Shown here one piece after another: positions 47,694 through 61,389 of a stretch of 64,000 bases of DNA. The notes under the pieces are model-generated. The model did not search any database and was not told where the DNA came from. It worked only from the letters and a program-made list of their open reading frames with translations. The stretch lies in assembly GCA_951406725.2 (NCBI GenBank), contig OX597826.1, positions 71,548,001 to 71,612,000 of the forward strand, given 5' to 3'. The stretch's first letter is position 1, and the number at the start of each line of letters is the position of its first letter. The position numbers and the translations under genes are program-made. This stretch comes from Octopus vulgaris. Lineage: Eukaryota.

Positions 47694-49673
47694 CTAGAAT
47701 AGACAGGAGATAAGAGGGTCAACCATCATTGAGATGATATAACAATGATAAAGAAGGGGCAACAAAGTCAACAAACAGTGAGATAACAGAACAGCATCAT
47801 ACAAAAGGGACACAGGTCAACTATAAGAAGGGGATAATATACTAATGATGTATAAAGTGTAACAAGGTCAACTACCAGTGGGATAATATAGCAATAATGT
47901 ACAAAGGGTAAGAGAGTCAACCACCCATGGGGTACTATAACAGCAAAAATTTCACCCTCCAACGGGCCAGCTACTATGACCAGACATCATGTAACCAGCA
48001 AGGAAGAAGATTCCAATTTTTTGGCTTTTGGGTTAATGGTGTGATTTTTTAATTGAGCATCACACAACTGGCACGCAAAAAGCACCCTTCAAACGTTGGG
48101 CCACACTGAGGCAATTACAAGTGACCGAGGTCTTTGGCAATAAACTGTGCTTGAGAAGACCGGTCAAGCCAAGTGAGACCGTAGTCAGGGCTGGTGCTGG
48201 TGTTGTGTAGCTGGCACCCATGCCAGTGACACATAAAAAGCACCCTCTTCACTCTTGGGGTCCTTTATATATATATATATCGTGCCGGAGGCACGTTAAA
48301 AGCTCCAACCGATCGTGGCCAATGACAGACCCCCCTGGCACCTGTGCAGGTGGCACGTAAAAAGCACCCACTATACTTGCGGAGTGGTTGGCATTAGGAA
48401 GGACATCCAGCTGTAGAAACTCTGCCAGATCAGACTGGAGCCTGGTGCAGCCCCTGACTTCCCAGACCCCGGTCGAACCGTCCAACCCGTGCTAGCGCGG
48501 AAAACGGACGATGATGATGATGATGATATATATATATATATATATATAAATGTATGGGTATTTTTTCAATTTGTACAAATAACACGGAAAAAATAAATAA
48601 ATAAATAGTTACCAGGGTAGCAAAAATTCACATAAGTACTATGGACACAACAACCTACTTATAAAGGCAGAAATTCCAGGGTTTAGTGAAATGTCTTTGT
48701 ATCACATAGTTAAATAAAGAAATGTAGTTAAATGCAGGTGTTATTCAAATCTTTATACTTCAGCTGTAGAAGCCATACCAAATCAGATTGGAACCCGGTG
48801 CAACTCCCCAACTTAGCAGTTTTCAGTCAAACCATCCAAGCCATGTCAGCATGGAAAACAAGTGATGATGATGACAAAATTTAAGTTCTTCTACATGTTC
48901 CTGTGCTACTTGTAGTCCATATCACTCTTACTCTCTTTTACTTGTTTCAGTCATTTGACTGTGGCCATGCTGGAGCACCGCATTTAAGTCGAGCAAATCG
49001 ACCCCAGGACTTATTCTTTGTAAGCCTAGTACTTATTCTATCAATCTCTTTTGCCGAACCGCTAAGTTACGGGGACATAAACACACCAGCATCGGTTGTC
49101 AAGCGATATTGGGGGGACAAACACAGACACACAAACATATACACACACGCACGTACGCATGCACACACACACATACACATATATACGATGGGCTTCATTC
49201 AGTTTCCATCTACCAAACCCACTCACAAGGCTTTGGTCAGCCCGAGGCTGTAATAGAAAACACTTGTCCAAGGTGCCACACAGTGGGACTGAACCTGGAA
49301 CCATGTGGTTGGTGAGCAAGCTACTTACCACACAGCCACTCCTATGCCTATATTGATCAGAATAACTTCAAAAATTGTTATTGAGTCTGTATCAACAGGT
49401 GGTTTCACTTTGGAAAGGTGCTTTTGTGTCCAGTATCATAAAACTGTCAGACACTATAAATGTTACATACAAAAAAAATTTTTTAAAAACCAACTACATT
49501 TTTACAGCTTTTCATTGTTGGCAGGCTGTGTGGTAAGAAGCTTGCTTCCCAACTACATGGTTCTGGGTTCAGTCCTACTGCATGGCACCTTGGGTAAGTG
49601 TCTTCTACAATAGCCTCAGACCAACCAAAACCTTGTGAGTGGGTTTGATAGAAGGAAATTGAAAGGAGCCTGT

Positions 49674-49711
<38 letters not shown>

Positions 49712-50135
49712 TGTGTGTATTGTGTGAGTGTGTGTCTTTGTGTCTGTATTTATTCCCCCACTACTTCTTGACAACTGTGTTACTGTAACTTAGCAGTTTG
49801 GCAAAAGAAACAATAAAATAAGTACTAGGCTTACAAAGAATAAGTTCTGGGGTTGATTTCTTCGCCTAAAATTTTTTTAGGTGGTGCTCCAGCATAGCCG
49901 CAGTTATATATATAAATGCTAGTGTGTATGTTTGTGTGTGCGTGTGCACGCGCATGCGTACACATAACAGGCTTTTTTCAGTTTCCGTCTACCAAATCCA
50001 CTCACAAGGCTTTGGTTGGCCCAAGGCTATAGTAGAAAACACTTGCCCAAGGTGCCATGCAGTGGAATTGAACCTGAACCATGTGGTTGGGAAGCAAGCT
50101 TCTTACTACTCAACCTCACCCACGCCTATATATAT

Positions 50136-50168
<33 letters not shown>

Positions 50169-50296
50169 TACATACATACACACACACATATATATATATA
50201 TTTATATTCTGATGTCCATTCCATAATTAAACAATCACATCACCAAATCTGGTCAAGTGGTGTTGGGAGACAAATACAGATACACACACACACACA

Positions 50297-50533
50297 CAGG
50301 GTAGCCCAAAAGTAGGTTTACAGTTATTCAACTATCCCTTTCGCAGTCATTTATTAACAGTTCAGATCTTAATTATAAAAAAGCATGAAACCATTATTCT
50401 ATGCCAATTTAGTTTAATTTTGTCAAGCTCCCTTTTCAATTTGTAAGACAGAAATTTAAAATGTAATAAAATGCTTTAAAAGAAATTTAAAGTGCCTATG
50501 TGATAACTGTAAACCTGCTTTTGGGCCACCCTG
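50297..50533. mobile_element. Tc1/mariner-type MITE
   Basis: TIRs CAGGGTAGCCCAAAAGTAGGTTTACAGTTAT and ATAACTGTAAACCTGCTTTTGGGCCACCCTG|TA. Confidence 0.85.
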
Positions 50534-51394
50534 TACATACACACAATAGGATGATAGAAAGGGTAACTTATAATCTGGTTATTTGTGAATTTCGCAACCA
50601 AACAACTTATCAACCACCCAGTAAAATAGTCTGGATATGTTTATTGTGACATGGGCACCAGGGAAGTCACTTGATATACTCTTACTCTCTCTCTTTTACT
50701 TGTTTCAGTCATTTGACTGCGGCCATGCTGGAGCACCGCCTTTAATCGAGCAACTCAACCCCGGGACTTATTGTTTTGTAAGTCCAGTACTTATTCTATC
50801 GGTCTCTTTTGCCGAACCGCTAAGTAACGGGGACATAAACACACCAGCATTGGTTGTCAAGCAATGCTAGGGGGACAAACACACACACACATATATATAT
50901 ATACATATATACGACGGGCTTCTTTTCAGTTTCCGTCTACCAAATCCACTCACAAGGCTTTGGTCGGCCTGAGGCTATAGTAGAAGACACTTGCCCAAGG
51001 TGCCACGTAGTGGGACTGAACCCGGAACCATGTGGTTAGTAAGCAAGCTACTTACCACACAGCCACTCCTGCGCCTATGTATACAAAAATTTATTTGCAG
51101 TGCTCACTCAGTGTTCTACACCAGTCGACTAAAATATGTAACTAAGAACCCAGTTTTGATTTATTTGATTCAGAGAATAATAGCTGTGTGTGTGTGTGTC
51201 TATGGGTTTCACAGAACCCTTGAAATTGTCACAAGTCAAACAGCTGCAGGAGGGAAAAAAGAAATATGGGCTGGAGGGAGATTATGGAGGAGTCAATGTT
51301 CTTGAGAGAAAGGACTAGGCTGGAGGAGTGTGGGGACTGGGGACTGGGACTGGAAGGATTGGAGGGGGGGTGCGGAAGGTGGATGGAGGAGTGG

Positions 51395-51788
51395 AGGGAA
51401 AGGGTGTGGGGGAATGGAGGAGTGGAGGGATGGGGGATGTAGGTGTGGAAGGGGTGTAGGGGAATGGAGGAGTGGAGGGATGGGGGATGTAGGTGTGGAA
51501 GGGGTGTGGGGAAATGGAGGGGTGGAGGGATGGGGGATGTAGGTGTGGAAGGGGTGTGGGGGAATGGAGGAGTGGAGGGATAGGGGATGTAGGTGTGGAA
51601 GGGGTGTGGGGGAATGGAGGAGTGGAGGGATAGGGGATGTAGGTGTGGAAGGGGTGTGGGGAAATGGAGGAGTGGAGGGATGGGGGGTGTAGGTGTGGAA
51701 GGGGTGTGGGGGAATGGAGGAGTGGAGGGATGGAGGATGTAGGTGTGGAAGGGGTGTGGGGGAGAAGTGGAAAGGTGTGGGGGGATGG
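51395..51788. repeat. G-rich 50-bp tandem repeat, about 8 copies
   Basis: Unit AGGTGTGGAAGGGGTGTGGGGGAATGGAGGAGTGGAGGGATAGGGGATGT. Confidence 0.92.
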
Positions 51789-52059
51789 AACATGATATAG
51801 CTGATAAGAGGTTGAAAGACAAACTGAGTTGGGAATACCTGAGTGGAAACGACGGGGCGGGGAGTGGGGCCTTTGTAACAGAAATAGAAACCATATCAAG
51901 TGAAATGGAATAATCAGAGCATAAAGTAGGAGATTGTTTCTGTTGCTATGGAGATGGTGATCAAATTAATGAAGCAGTAATGATAGTTTAATGGCTCATA
52001 TAAGGAAAAGGAGTGGAAGGGGACAAACGGATTTGTTATGATGATACAGTAACTAGGAG

Positions 52060-52442
52060 TGGAGGCGCAATGGCCCAGTGGTTAGGGCAGCGGACTCGCG
52101 GTCGTAGGATCGCGATTTCGATTCCCAGACAGGGCGTTGTGAGTGTTTATTGAGCGAAAACACCTAAAAGCTCCACGAGGCTCTGGCAGGGGATGGTGGT
52201 GATCCCTGCTGTACTCTTTCGCCACAACTTTCTCTCACTCTTACTTCCTGTTTCTGTTGTACCTTGTATTTCAAAGGGCCAGCCTTGTCACTCTCTGTGT
52301 CACGCTGAATATCCCCGAGAACTACATTAAGGGTACACGTGTCTGTGGAGTGCTCAGCCACTGACACGTTAATTTCACGAGCAGGCTGTTCCATTGATTC
52401 GGATCAACTGGAACCCTCGTCGTCGTAACCGACGGAGTGCTT
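52060..52442 (+). mobile_element. tRNA(Arg)-like SINE, family C, tail type 2
   Basis: Same head and core as 40300 for about 180 bp, then an unrelated tail ending CCCTCGTCGTCGTAACCGACGGAGTGC. Confidence 0.8.
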
Positions 52443-52726
52443 CTTCTTTCACAGTAACTAGGGTAAGGAAGAGGTGGAAGAGAATGTTATCATCATTATT
52501 TTAACGTCCACTTTTCCAAGCCTGCATGGGTCAGAGAGAATTTGTGAGGCAGATTAACTATGGCTGGATGCCTTTCCTGTTGCCAACCCTTGTCTTGTTT
52601 CTAAGCAACGTAATATTTCCCCCGTGGCCAGAAAATGTTTCCCACAGAAAGCAAGAAACAAGCAACATCATGTGATGTCATAACAAGAAGTGACACACAC
52701 ACACGATGGGCTTCTTTCAGTTTCTT

Positions 52727-53172
52727 ATTTCTTTATTGCCCCACAAGGGGCTAAACATAGAGGGGACAAAAACAAGGACAGACAAAGGGATTAAGTCGAT
52801 TACATTGACTCCAGTGCGTAACTGGTACTTAATTTATCAACCCCCAAAAGGCTGAAAGGCAAATTTATTGACCCCGAAAGGATGAAAGGCAAAGTCAACC
52901 TCGGCGGAATTTGAACTCAGAACATAACAGCAGATGAAATACCTATTTCTTTATTACCCACAAGGGGCTAAACATAGAGGGGACAAACAAGGACAGACAT
53001 AGGTATTAAGTCGATTACATCGACCCCAGTGCGGAACTGGTACTTAATTTATCAACCCCGAAAGGATGAAAGGCAAAGTCAACCTCAGCGGAATTTGAAC
53101 TCAGAACATAACAGCAGATGAAATACCACTAAGCATTTCACCCGGTGTGCTAACAGTTCTGCCAGCTCGCCA
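52727..53172 (-). mobile_element. Tandem dimer of SINE family A inside a family-B SINE
   Basis: Two head-to-tail copies, the second lacking the first ~45 nt. The same junction (GAAATACCTATTTC) is seen at 57053-57455. Confidence 0.8.
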
Positions 53173-53921
53173 CTGGCTTCTTTTAGTTTCTGTCTACCAA
53201 ATCAGCTTCCAAGGCTTTTGTTGGCCACAGAGCTATAGTAGAAGACGCTTACCTAAGGTACTGTGCAGTGGGACTGAACCGAAGAACATATAATTAGAAA
53301 GCAAATTTCTCAACCACCCAGTCACACCTGCATATCACCTACCTTTTACCTTTTACTTGTTTCAGTCATTTGACTGCGGCCATGCTGGAGCACTGTCTTT
53401 AGTCGAGCAAATCGACCCCGGTACTTATTCTATCGGTCTCTTTTGCCGAACCGCTAAGTGACGGGGACGTAAACACACCAGCATCGTTTGTCAAGCAATG
53501 CTAGGGGGACGAACACAGACACACATACACATATATATATATATATATACATATATACAACAGGCTTCTTTCAGTTTCCGTCTACCAAATTCACTCACAA
53601 GGCATTGGTCGGCCCGGGGCTATAGTGGAAGACACTTGCCCAAGATGCCACGCAGTGGGACTGAACCCGGAACCATGTGGTTGGTTAACAAGCTACTTAC
53701 CACTCCTGCGCCTTAGCAAGAGCAGTGTTTCTCAACCAGAGTCCACATGATCCTAGGGTCATATCTGCAATAAACTGGTCATATTTCTACAATACACAAA
53801 ATATGTTAACAAATTATCTTATTAAATCCCTGGTTATATATCATTTAAAAATATATAACAGCTGACAGCTATGAGGGACCATTCAAGTAAAATAGAAATA
53901 GAAGGGGTTCATAGACTTATA

Positions 53922-54153
53922 AGGTGGCGAGCCGGCAGAAACATTAGCACACTGGGCAAAATGCTTAGCGGTATTTTGTCTGCCACTACGTTCTGAGTTC
54001 AAATTCCGCCGAGGTCGATTTTGCCTTTCATCCTTTCGGGGTCGATAAATTAAGTACCAGTTACGCACTATGGTCGATATAATCAACTTAATCCGTTAGT
54101 CTGTCCTTGTTTGTCCCCTCTGTGTGTAGCCCCTTGTGGGTAGTAAAGAAATA
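53922..54153 (+). mobile_element. SINE family A with 17-bp TSD, inserted in a hAT-type MITE (about 53723-54192)
   Basis: AGAAGGGGTTCATAGAC on both sides. Host ends are CAGTGTTTCTCAACC and GGTCGAGAAGCACTA. Confidence 0.82.
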
Positions 54154-54462
54154 AGAAGGGGTTCATAGACAAAGTATGGTCGAGAAGCACTAATTTAAAA
54201 TAAGGAACAGTCAGCAGGGAAAGCGCCTGAAGTGATAGTATAGAAGAGGTGTAAGAAAGAAATTTAGGGAACTGTAACTGCTATTGACAATAAAGGGCTT
54301 CGCAAACCTCTACATCAGTTCTCAACCACACTTTGCCTAAGCCCCTTTGATTCTCATTTTATGCATGTGGACTCTAATAACCATTCCATGTTTAAAAAAT
54401 CTTTTTGCAATTTTTATAATTATTTTTAGAAATTGTAAAATAAGTTGCTAAAGATATTTTGT

Positions 54463-54895
54463 GAATTGTAGAGGTATAACCAGTTTATTGTATATAAGGA
54501 ATTGTATAGAGGAATTGTTATTGTATAGAGGTATAACCAGTTTATTGTATATAAGGAATTGTATAGAGGAATTGTTATTGTATAGAGGTATAACCAGTTT
54601 ATTGTATATAAGGAATTGTATAGAGGAATTGTTATTGTATAGAGGTATAACCAGTTTATTGTATATAAGGAATTGTATAGAGGAATTGTTATTGTATAGA
54701 GGTATAACCAGTTTATTGTATATAAGGAATTGTATAGAGGAATTGTTATTGTATAGAGGTATAACCAGTTTATTGTATATAAGGAATTGTATAGAGGAAT
54801 TGTTATTGTATAGAGGTATAACCAGTTTATTGTATATAAGGAATTGTATAGAGGAATTGTTATTGTATAGAGGTATAACCAGTTTATTGTATATA
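54463..54895. repeat. Perfect 57-bp tandem repeat, about 7.5 copies, inside a hAT-type MITE (about 54316-54943)
   Basis: Unit GAATTGTATAGAGGAATTGTTATTGTATAGAGGTATAACCAGTTTATTGTATATAAG; 19-aa period in the ORF track. Confidence 0.95.
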
Positions 54896-55020
54896 TACAT
54901 TTTAACAAGAAAATCTTCTATGGACCCTGGTTAAAAACCACTGCTTCACACAGTCACTTGAGCTGCTAGAAATTGCAGGAAATCTCCCCCAAATCACTCC
55001 CTACTACAGGTAAAATAGAG

Positions 55021-55359
55021 CAAGGGTTCTCAACCATTTTTTTTATCTATGGACCCTTTTGATTACTATCTTATTCCAGTGGACCCCTATAGCCATACGA
55101 TGTTTAAAACCTTGCTTTATAGAATGTTATTTATTAACATTTTCATACATCAATTTGTAGGTTGAAGTATGTAAAATGTTAGAGAAAGGGACCTAGCTGT
55201 TTCTTGCAATAGATACCAATACATACATCTAAAGCAAAATTTTTCAGGGGCCGATAAAATACTATTGTGAATACCCAATTTACTAATTTGTTAAACGGAC
55301 CGCAAAAAATCTTATAATGACCCTCAGGGGCTACATGGACCCTGACTGAGAACCACTGA
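55021..55359. mobile_element. hAT-type MITE
   Basis: CAAGGGTTCTCAACC ... GACTGAGAACCACTG terminal inverted repeats. Confidence 0.7.
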
Positions 55360-56106
55360 GCTGGAGGCTAATGCTCCTTCCTGAGTCATATAGATTCATA
55401 AAGGCTAGTTTCACAATTCTGTGGTGTATATATTCCCCACCTGGATGGGACACTAGTCCATCGCAAGATTACTCACTTTTGCCAGTTGAGTGGACTGGAG
55501 ACTGTAAAATGAAATGTTTTGCTCAAGAACACAAAGCATTGCCCGGTTCAGGAATTGAAACCACAATCTTATGATCAGGAGTCCCAACACATTAACTGCT
55601 AAGCCAGGGAAAACACATTTCATAATATAACGGTTGATGGACATTGTCTGAGGCGAGCTGGCAGAAACATTAACACGTCGGGCGAAATGCTTAGCGGTCG
55701 GTATTTCGTATGCCATTACGTTGTGAGTTCAAATTCCGCCGCGGTCGACTTTGCCTTTCATCCTTTTGGGGTCGATAAATTAAGTACCAGTTACGCACTG
55801 GGGGTCAATGTAATCGACTAAATACCTATGTCTGTCTTTGTTTGTCCCCTCTATGTTTAGCCCCTTGTGGGTAATAAAGAAATAGGTAAAAGACAGGTGT
55901 TGCAGAATAGTTGTGTGGGTCTCAACATCTTTTATTGTGGGTCTACTCAAATCAGGGTTCATATGGGGTCAAACGACAGCAACAACAAAGAATTACTCTT
56001 TCATGTGACAGACTGCATGAAGCATGACCATATGAGACACAGTAATAAAATATGGGCGGAAGAATGTTAAGATCCTGTTGGAAGCTAAAGTGAAGGAGGG
56101 GCTTAA

Positions 56107-56326
56107 CCCTTTAGCATTCAGATTACTCTGTCAAATGTAAAGCCTGTTTAATTACATTATTTTCAATTAATTGTACAGCATCTTGTAACTCCGGGATTTT
56201 GATGATGTCCCTGTTTATTTTTAGAATGGCTTTGTAGGGTAGGTGTGAGAGGTCAGAGCTGGCTGGTTTGAGCATAAAACAGGGAGACAATTTTGGCCTG
56301 GTATGGCCAGTTTAAACACTAAAGGG
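56107..56326. mobile_element. TTAA-flanked MITE
   Basis: TTAA|CCCTTTAGCATT ... AACACTAAAGGG|TTAA. Confidence 0.8.
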
Positions 56327-56656
56327 TTAAATTGTGAGTGGAGGATGTGTGAGCTGAGAGAATGGTAGCTGGACTTCACAAGTTACAGTGAAATGTTGGT
56401 ACCCACTGCCACAGAGACTGAAGTTTTGGTGAGTGGTGGTATGACAGAGATGTACTAACAAAACCTTATATTTATATTAAAAGAGAATGATGGAGAGGAT
56501 AGAGAGAGAGAGAGGGGGGAGGGAGGGAGGCTTGTGTTAGTCAATAAACATAAACACAACATTATATGCATACATCTGGTATTAGTGTATATAGAAATGA
56601 GTTTGAATACACTGTATACAGCTGTGTATATATAAACATATACCTATGTGTGTGTA

Positions 56657-56716
<60 letters not shown>

Positions 56717-57052
56717 TGTGTGTGTCGTGACAAAGGAACCAAGTTTGGGAATTGCTGACACCTCTAAATATTGAATGAAATAAGGTTAATAACCTAATTA
56801 GCAAACTTTCATCACTTCTAACTCAAACACCATACCCCCCACCAACACACACACACACACACTTCATCATCATCAACAACACTATCACCATGGTGTCATA
56901 GGCATCCACACTTGGCTGTTATCTCTTTGTTTTAAGTAAGTTTACAGTAGTTATTTCCTGTTAAAGCTTTATTCCACTACAGATAATATAGCACACAATA
57001 GCAAAAAAAAGACCCCACCACCACCAAATACAAGGCCTCACCCATCATAACC

Positions 57053-57455
57053 TATTTCTTTACTACCCACAAGGGGCTAAACACAGAGGACAAACAAGGA
57101 CAGACAGACGGATTAAGTCGATTACATCGACCTCAGTGAGCAACTGGTACTTAATTTATCGACCTAGAAAAGGATGAAAAGCAAAGTCAACCTCAGCGGA
57201 ATTTGAACTCAGAACTGAAAGACAGACGAAATACCTATTTCTTTACTACCCACAAGGGGCTAAACACAGAGAGGACAAACAAGGACAGACAAACGGATTA
57301 ATTCGATTATACTGACCCCAGTGCGTAACTGGTACTTAATTTATCGACCCCGAAAGGATGAATGGCAAAGTCGACCTCGGCGGAATTTGAACTCAGAACG
57401 TAACGGCAGACGAAATACGGCTACGCATTTCACCCGGCTAAAGTTTCTGCCAGCT
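57053..57455 (-). mobile_element. Tandem dimer of SINE family A
   Basis: Two head-to-tail copies, as at 52727. Confidence 0.8.
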
Positions 57456-58989
57456 CATAACCACAACATACCACTACTAAAAACCATAATCAGAACACTC
57501 TTACAACCACTACAGTACAACCATCACAACAACATACCACACTTACTTGGACTGCTACCACTACAACCACCAATACTTCCACTAATACATCGACACATAG
57601 ATGTAATTACAACACCAAACTCTGTTAAAATGTCTTAAGTTGGGGGTGAAGAATAATTGGCCTTTGAGATGGAATCTTAAGTGCAAGTCAGTAAAAGAGG
57701 TCTCGATTTTACATTAAAAATACATATTTTTTATAATAGATATATTTATTTATTGTGAGGTATACTTGCCATCTCAATATGGCTAACCACTAAGGGTGGG
57801 TGTTACTGTAGCTCGTAGCCCCAGGAGAACATCGTCTCCAGCTGGCTTTCGGCACACTTTCTGTGCACTTATGGTATTTGCAAAGAGAGGTCATCCTTCC
57901 CTCGTCAACCTAAGTGATACGCACGGACTGCAGTTTCTAGGTATTGACCTGTCGTTGGCATACGACAATCACCGGTTTTCGATGAAAGGAGGTCCCAATG
58001 CAAATCCTTATATGATTTTTCCAGTAACTCTTCGTCACTGATCTCGAAAAATCGCACGCAAGCAATAATAAATCTCTGAACGAGATATAAACAGTAACTG
58101 TGCTGGTAGGGGGCCAAGAGCACCATCCAAGCGTGATCGTTACCAGAGCAGCCAACTGGCTTCCATGCCAGTGGCACATAAAAGGGCACCATTCAAGCAT
58201 GATCGTTACCAACGTCGCCTTACTGGCACCTGTGCTGGTGGCATGTGTAAAAAGATTCGAGCGAGGTCGTTGCCAGTACCACCTGACTGGCCCCCGTGCT
58301 GGTGGCACATAAAAAGCACCCACTACACTCTCGCAGTGGTTGGCATTAGGAAAGATATCCAGATGTAGAAACTCTGCCAAATCAAGATTGGAGCCTGGTG
58401 CTGCCATCTGGTTTGCCAGCCCTCAGTCAAAATTGTCCAACCCATGCTAGCATGGAAAGCGGACGTTAAACGATGATGATGATCATCCTGATCATGCTAC
58501 CATCACACAAGCAGTATCCTTCATTTCCAACGTTTTGTGAAAACATGTCAGGAAACGGAAAAACATTTTACTTGAAAACAGGTGGCTGTTGGCAACAGGA
58601 AAGACACCCAGTCGTAGAACACCTGCCGAAACAAATTCCATACAATGCATAGGAAAGTGGATAATAATACCAAATGGTGATTAACAAATATATTCCTTTT
58701 TATCATTATTGAGCACAGAAATGCAAGTAATTACACAATAATCAATAATCAAGAGCAACAGGGTTTTCATTGGCTTTTATTTCAGCTGGAAATGTCTACA
58801 AAATGTTAGTACAAGCAATTGACAGGCTTAAAGGAACATCAGTACAAGCGATAGATGTACAATGATAATAGAAAAAGGAAGAAAGGTTTAAAAGAGATCA
58901 ATAAATAAATAAATAAATATATTAATAACAAAATGACAACAACAAATCTCTGATGTAAACCGCAACATATATATATATATATACATACA

Positions 58990-59027
<38 letters not shown>

Positions 59028-59036
59028 CATACACGC

Positions 59037-59069
<33 letters not shown>

Positions 59070-61389
59070 AAACACCCACACATGTATGAGCCAACAATGG
59101 AGATGACATAGTTGTTCAGTCTGGTAGAAATAGCAGGCAAATCTCCCTCAAATCCCGCTTTACTTTAAAAACAAATAAAATAAAAAAGTGGTGGGGGGCA
59201 TATGCAATTCTGTCAGGACTGGAATGTCTTTAACCCTTAAACAGCAGAAAAGGGTTGCATGAATGTCTATGCCAAAATGGGCAAAAAAAAAAAAAAAAAA
59301 AAAATTATAATTTTCTTAAGGGTAATTTTAATACTTATTCCGTACTTTAAAATAAGCACAAAAACCAATAACTGCTGGTCTCCCACACAATAAAATTTAC
59401 GGTCCCGTTATTGAAAACTGCCATAAACTGTTTGAAACATGATGTCTGCTGTTCTCTACTGAAACATTAACTGCTATTTAAAAGGTAATCATATATCTGC
59501 TTATTTAGTACTGGCCTTGTGATGAAACACCAACAGATATACACACACATACACACATACGTATGGCTTCTTTTCTTTGTCTATCATTGCCAAGAACATT
59601 TTCAATGATGTCGTCTAAGAGTAACAGCAGATAAGCACATGCAAGCCAATTTGGAATCCACACATGCACACAACACACAGACATGTGGCTACAAGTTTAG
59701 GACAGGGAGGGGGGGGGCTAGCTTCCAGCCATTTGCTTATTGGGGTTGTTGTACTTACATTAAAGCCACCTGCCTCAATACAACACCTCGTCTTGCAAGA
59801 TACTTGGCAACCTCACTAGTGCTGGTGCTATGAGAAAAGCAAACCCAGTACACGTAAAGTGGTTGGCTTCAGGAAGGGTGTCCAACCACTGAAATCATGC
59901 CAAAACAAACACTGGAGCTCAGTGCTGTCCTCTGGCTTGTGTCAACTCCTCTCAAACCATCCGACCCATGACAGCATTGAGAACACACACACACACACAT
60001 CATTATTGCTCATGCTCAATAATATTACTAAATTATACATACATACATACACACATATATACGTGTATATATATATATATATATACATGCACACACACAC
60101 ATACATACATGCACACATCATTATTGCTCATGCTTAATAATATTACTAAATTATACATACATACATATATATACATGTGTATATATATATATACATGCAC
60201 ACACACACAGACACACACATATGTATATAAGTACATATAACAAATAAATGTAAACAGAAATAACAAAGGAGTAACTGATTTAGTAAAAGGGTGTGTGTGT
60301 AGACAGAGACACACACACACACATCTATTAATAGACTGAAAGCAGAACTGAAATAGCATTGCTGACCAGAGAGTCTGAGATCAAATGAGAGAGTAAAAGT
60401 GGTGAAATATTAGTAATGTGTTTGTATAGTAAAGTTTGTAGGGTAAATAGTGCTTTTCTTATTCGATCCACGACCGACCATTCCGAAACCTAACTCAATC
60501 AAAATGCACATCTCGTAAAAACACATCTAAAACAATGAGCTGCTTTTGTTTTCTGTCTGAGACAATGAAGAGCTATTCAATGTCAAGTCATTGGAAAGGA
60601 GAATGGCACTGGTCTCTGTCTCAATACTCATGTTGCATAGTCTGGCTCAATGACCGAGTATACCTAGCTATAAATAGAAAACTATAAGGACATTTCGGCA
60701 GTGAGCAGACAAGGTGTTTTGTTAGCTAGCAGCACTGGATTCAAATTCATTTTTATTCCTTCTCTGTTGGACCCTGAATGTGCAAACTACTTCAGTATCA
60801 TCATCATCATCGTTTCACATCCGCTTTCCATGCTAGCATGGGTTGGACGATTTTGACTGAGGACTGGTGAACCAGATGGCTGCACCAGACTCCAATCTTG
60901 ATCTGGCAGAGTTTCTACAGCTGGATGCCCTTCCTAACGCCAACCACTGCGAGAGTGTAGTGGGTGCTTTTTACCTGCCACCGGCACGGAGGCCAGTCAG
61001 GCGGCACTGGCAATGACCTTGCTCAAATTTTTTTACAGATGCCAGTAAGGCGACGTTTGTAACGATCATGCTCAAATGGTGCCCTTTTACGTGCCACCAG
61101 CACGGAAGCCAGTTGGCTGCTCTGGCAACGATCATGCTGGGATGGTGCTCTAATAACGAGTAAAGAATTCTTTTGGTGAGGACCTCAACTCGTTCAATGG
61201 ACAGATTACCACCATGAAAATGTTAACTCGTGATTTAGAAGTTATTCACTTCACATAACAAATGTAATGCGAACCTGGGTAAATACAACACTCCTTTTGC
61301 ACATGACTGGAATTCCTTTGATTAAATGTTTGCTAAGTCGACCCCAACCAGGGGCTAAAAACAAAAACAATAACCTAAGCTGAAGAGGG

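Noticed and set aside
51229-51899. Extensin-like Pro/His-rich ORFs
   Set aside because: Translation of the C-rich strand of a 50-bp VNTR.
54426-54934. 150-160 aa repeat ORFs on both strands
   Set aside because: Product of a perfect 57-bp tandem repeat.
59561-59614. Possible 54-nt minus-strand exon (AG...GTATGT) as the missing NXT exon
   Set aside because: Its translations (TTSLKMFLAMIDKEKKPY or DDIIENVLGNDRQRKEAI) lack the conserved F...YY pattern and it is shorter than expected; splice-like sites alone are weak evidence.
59983-60218. About 120-bp tandem duplication
   Set aside because: Simple microsatellite-bounded slippage duplication with no further structure.
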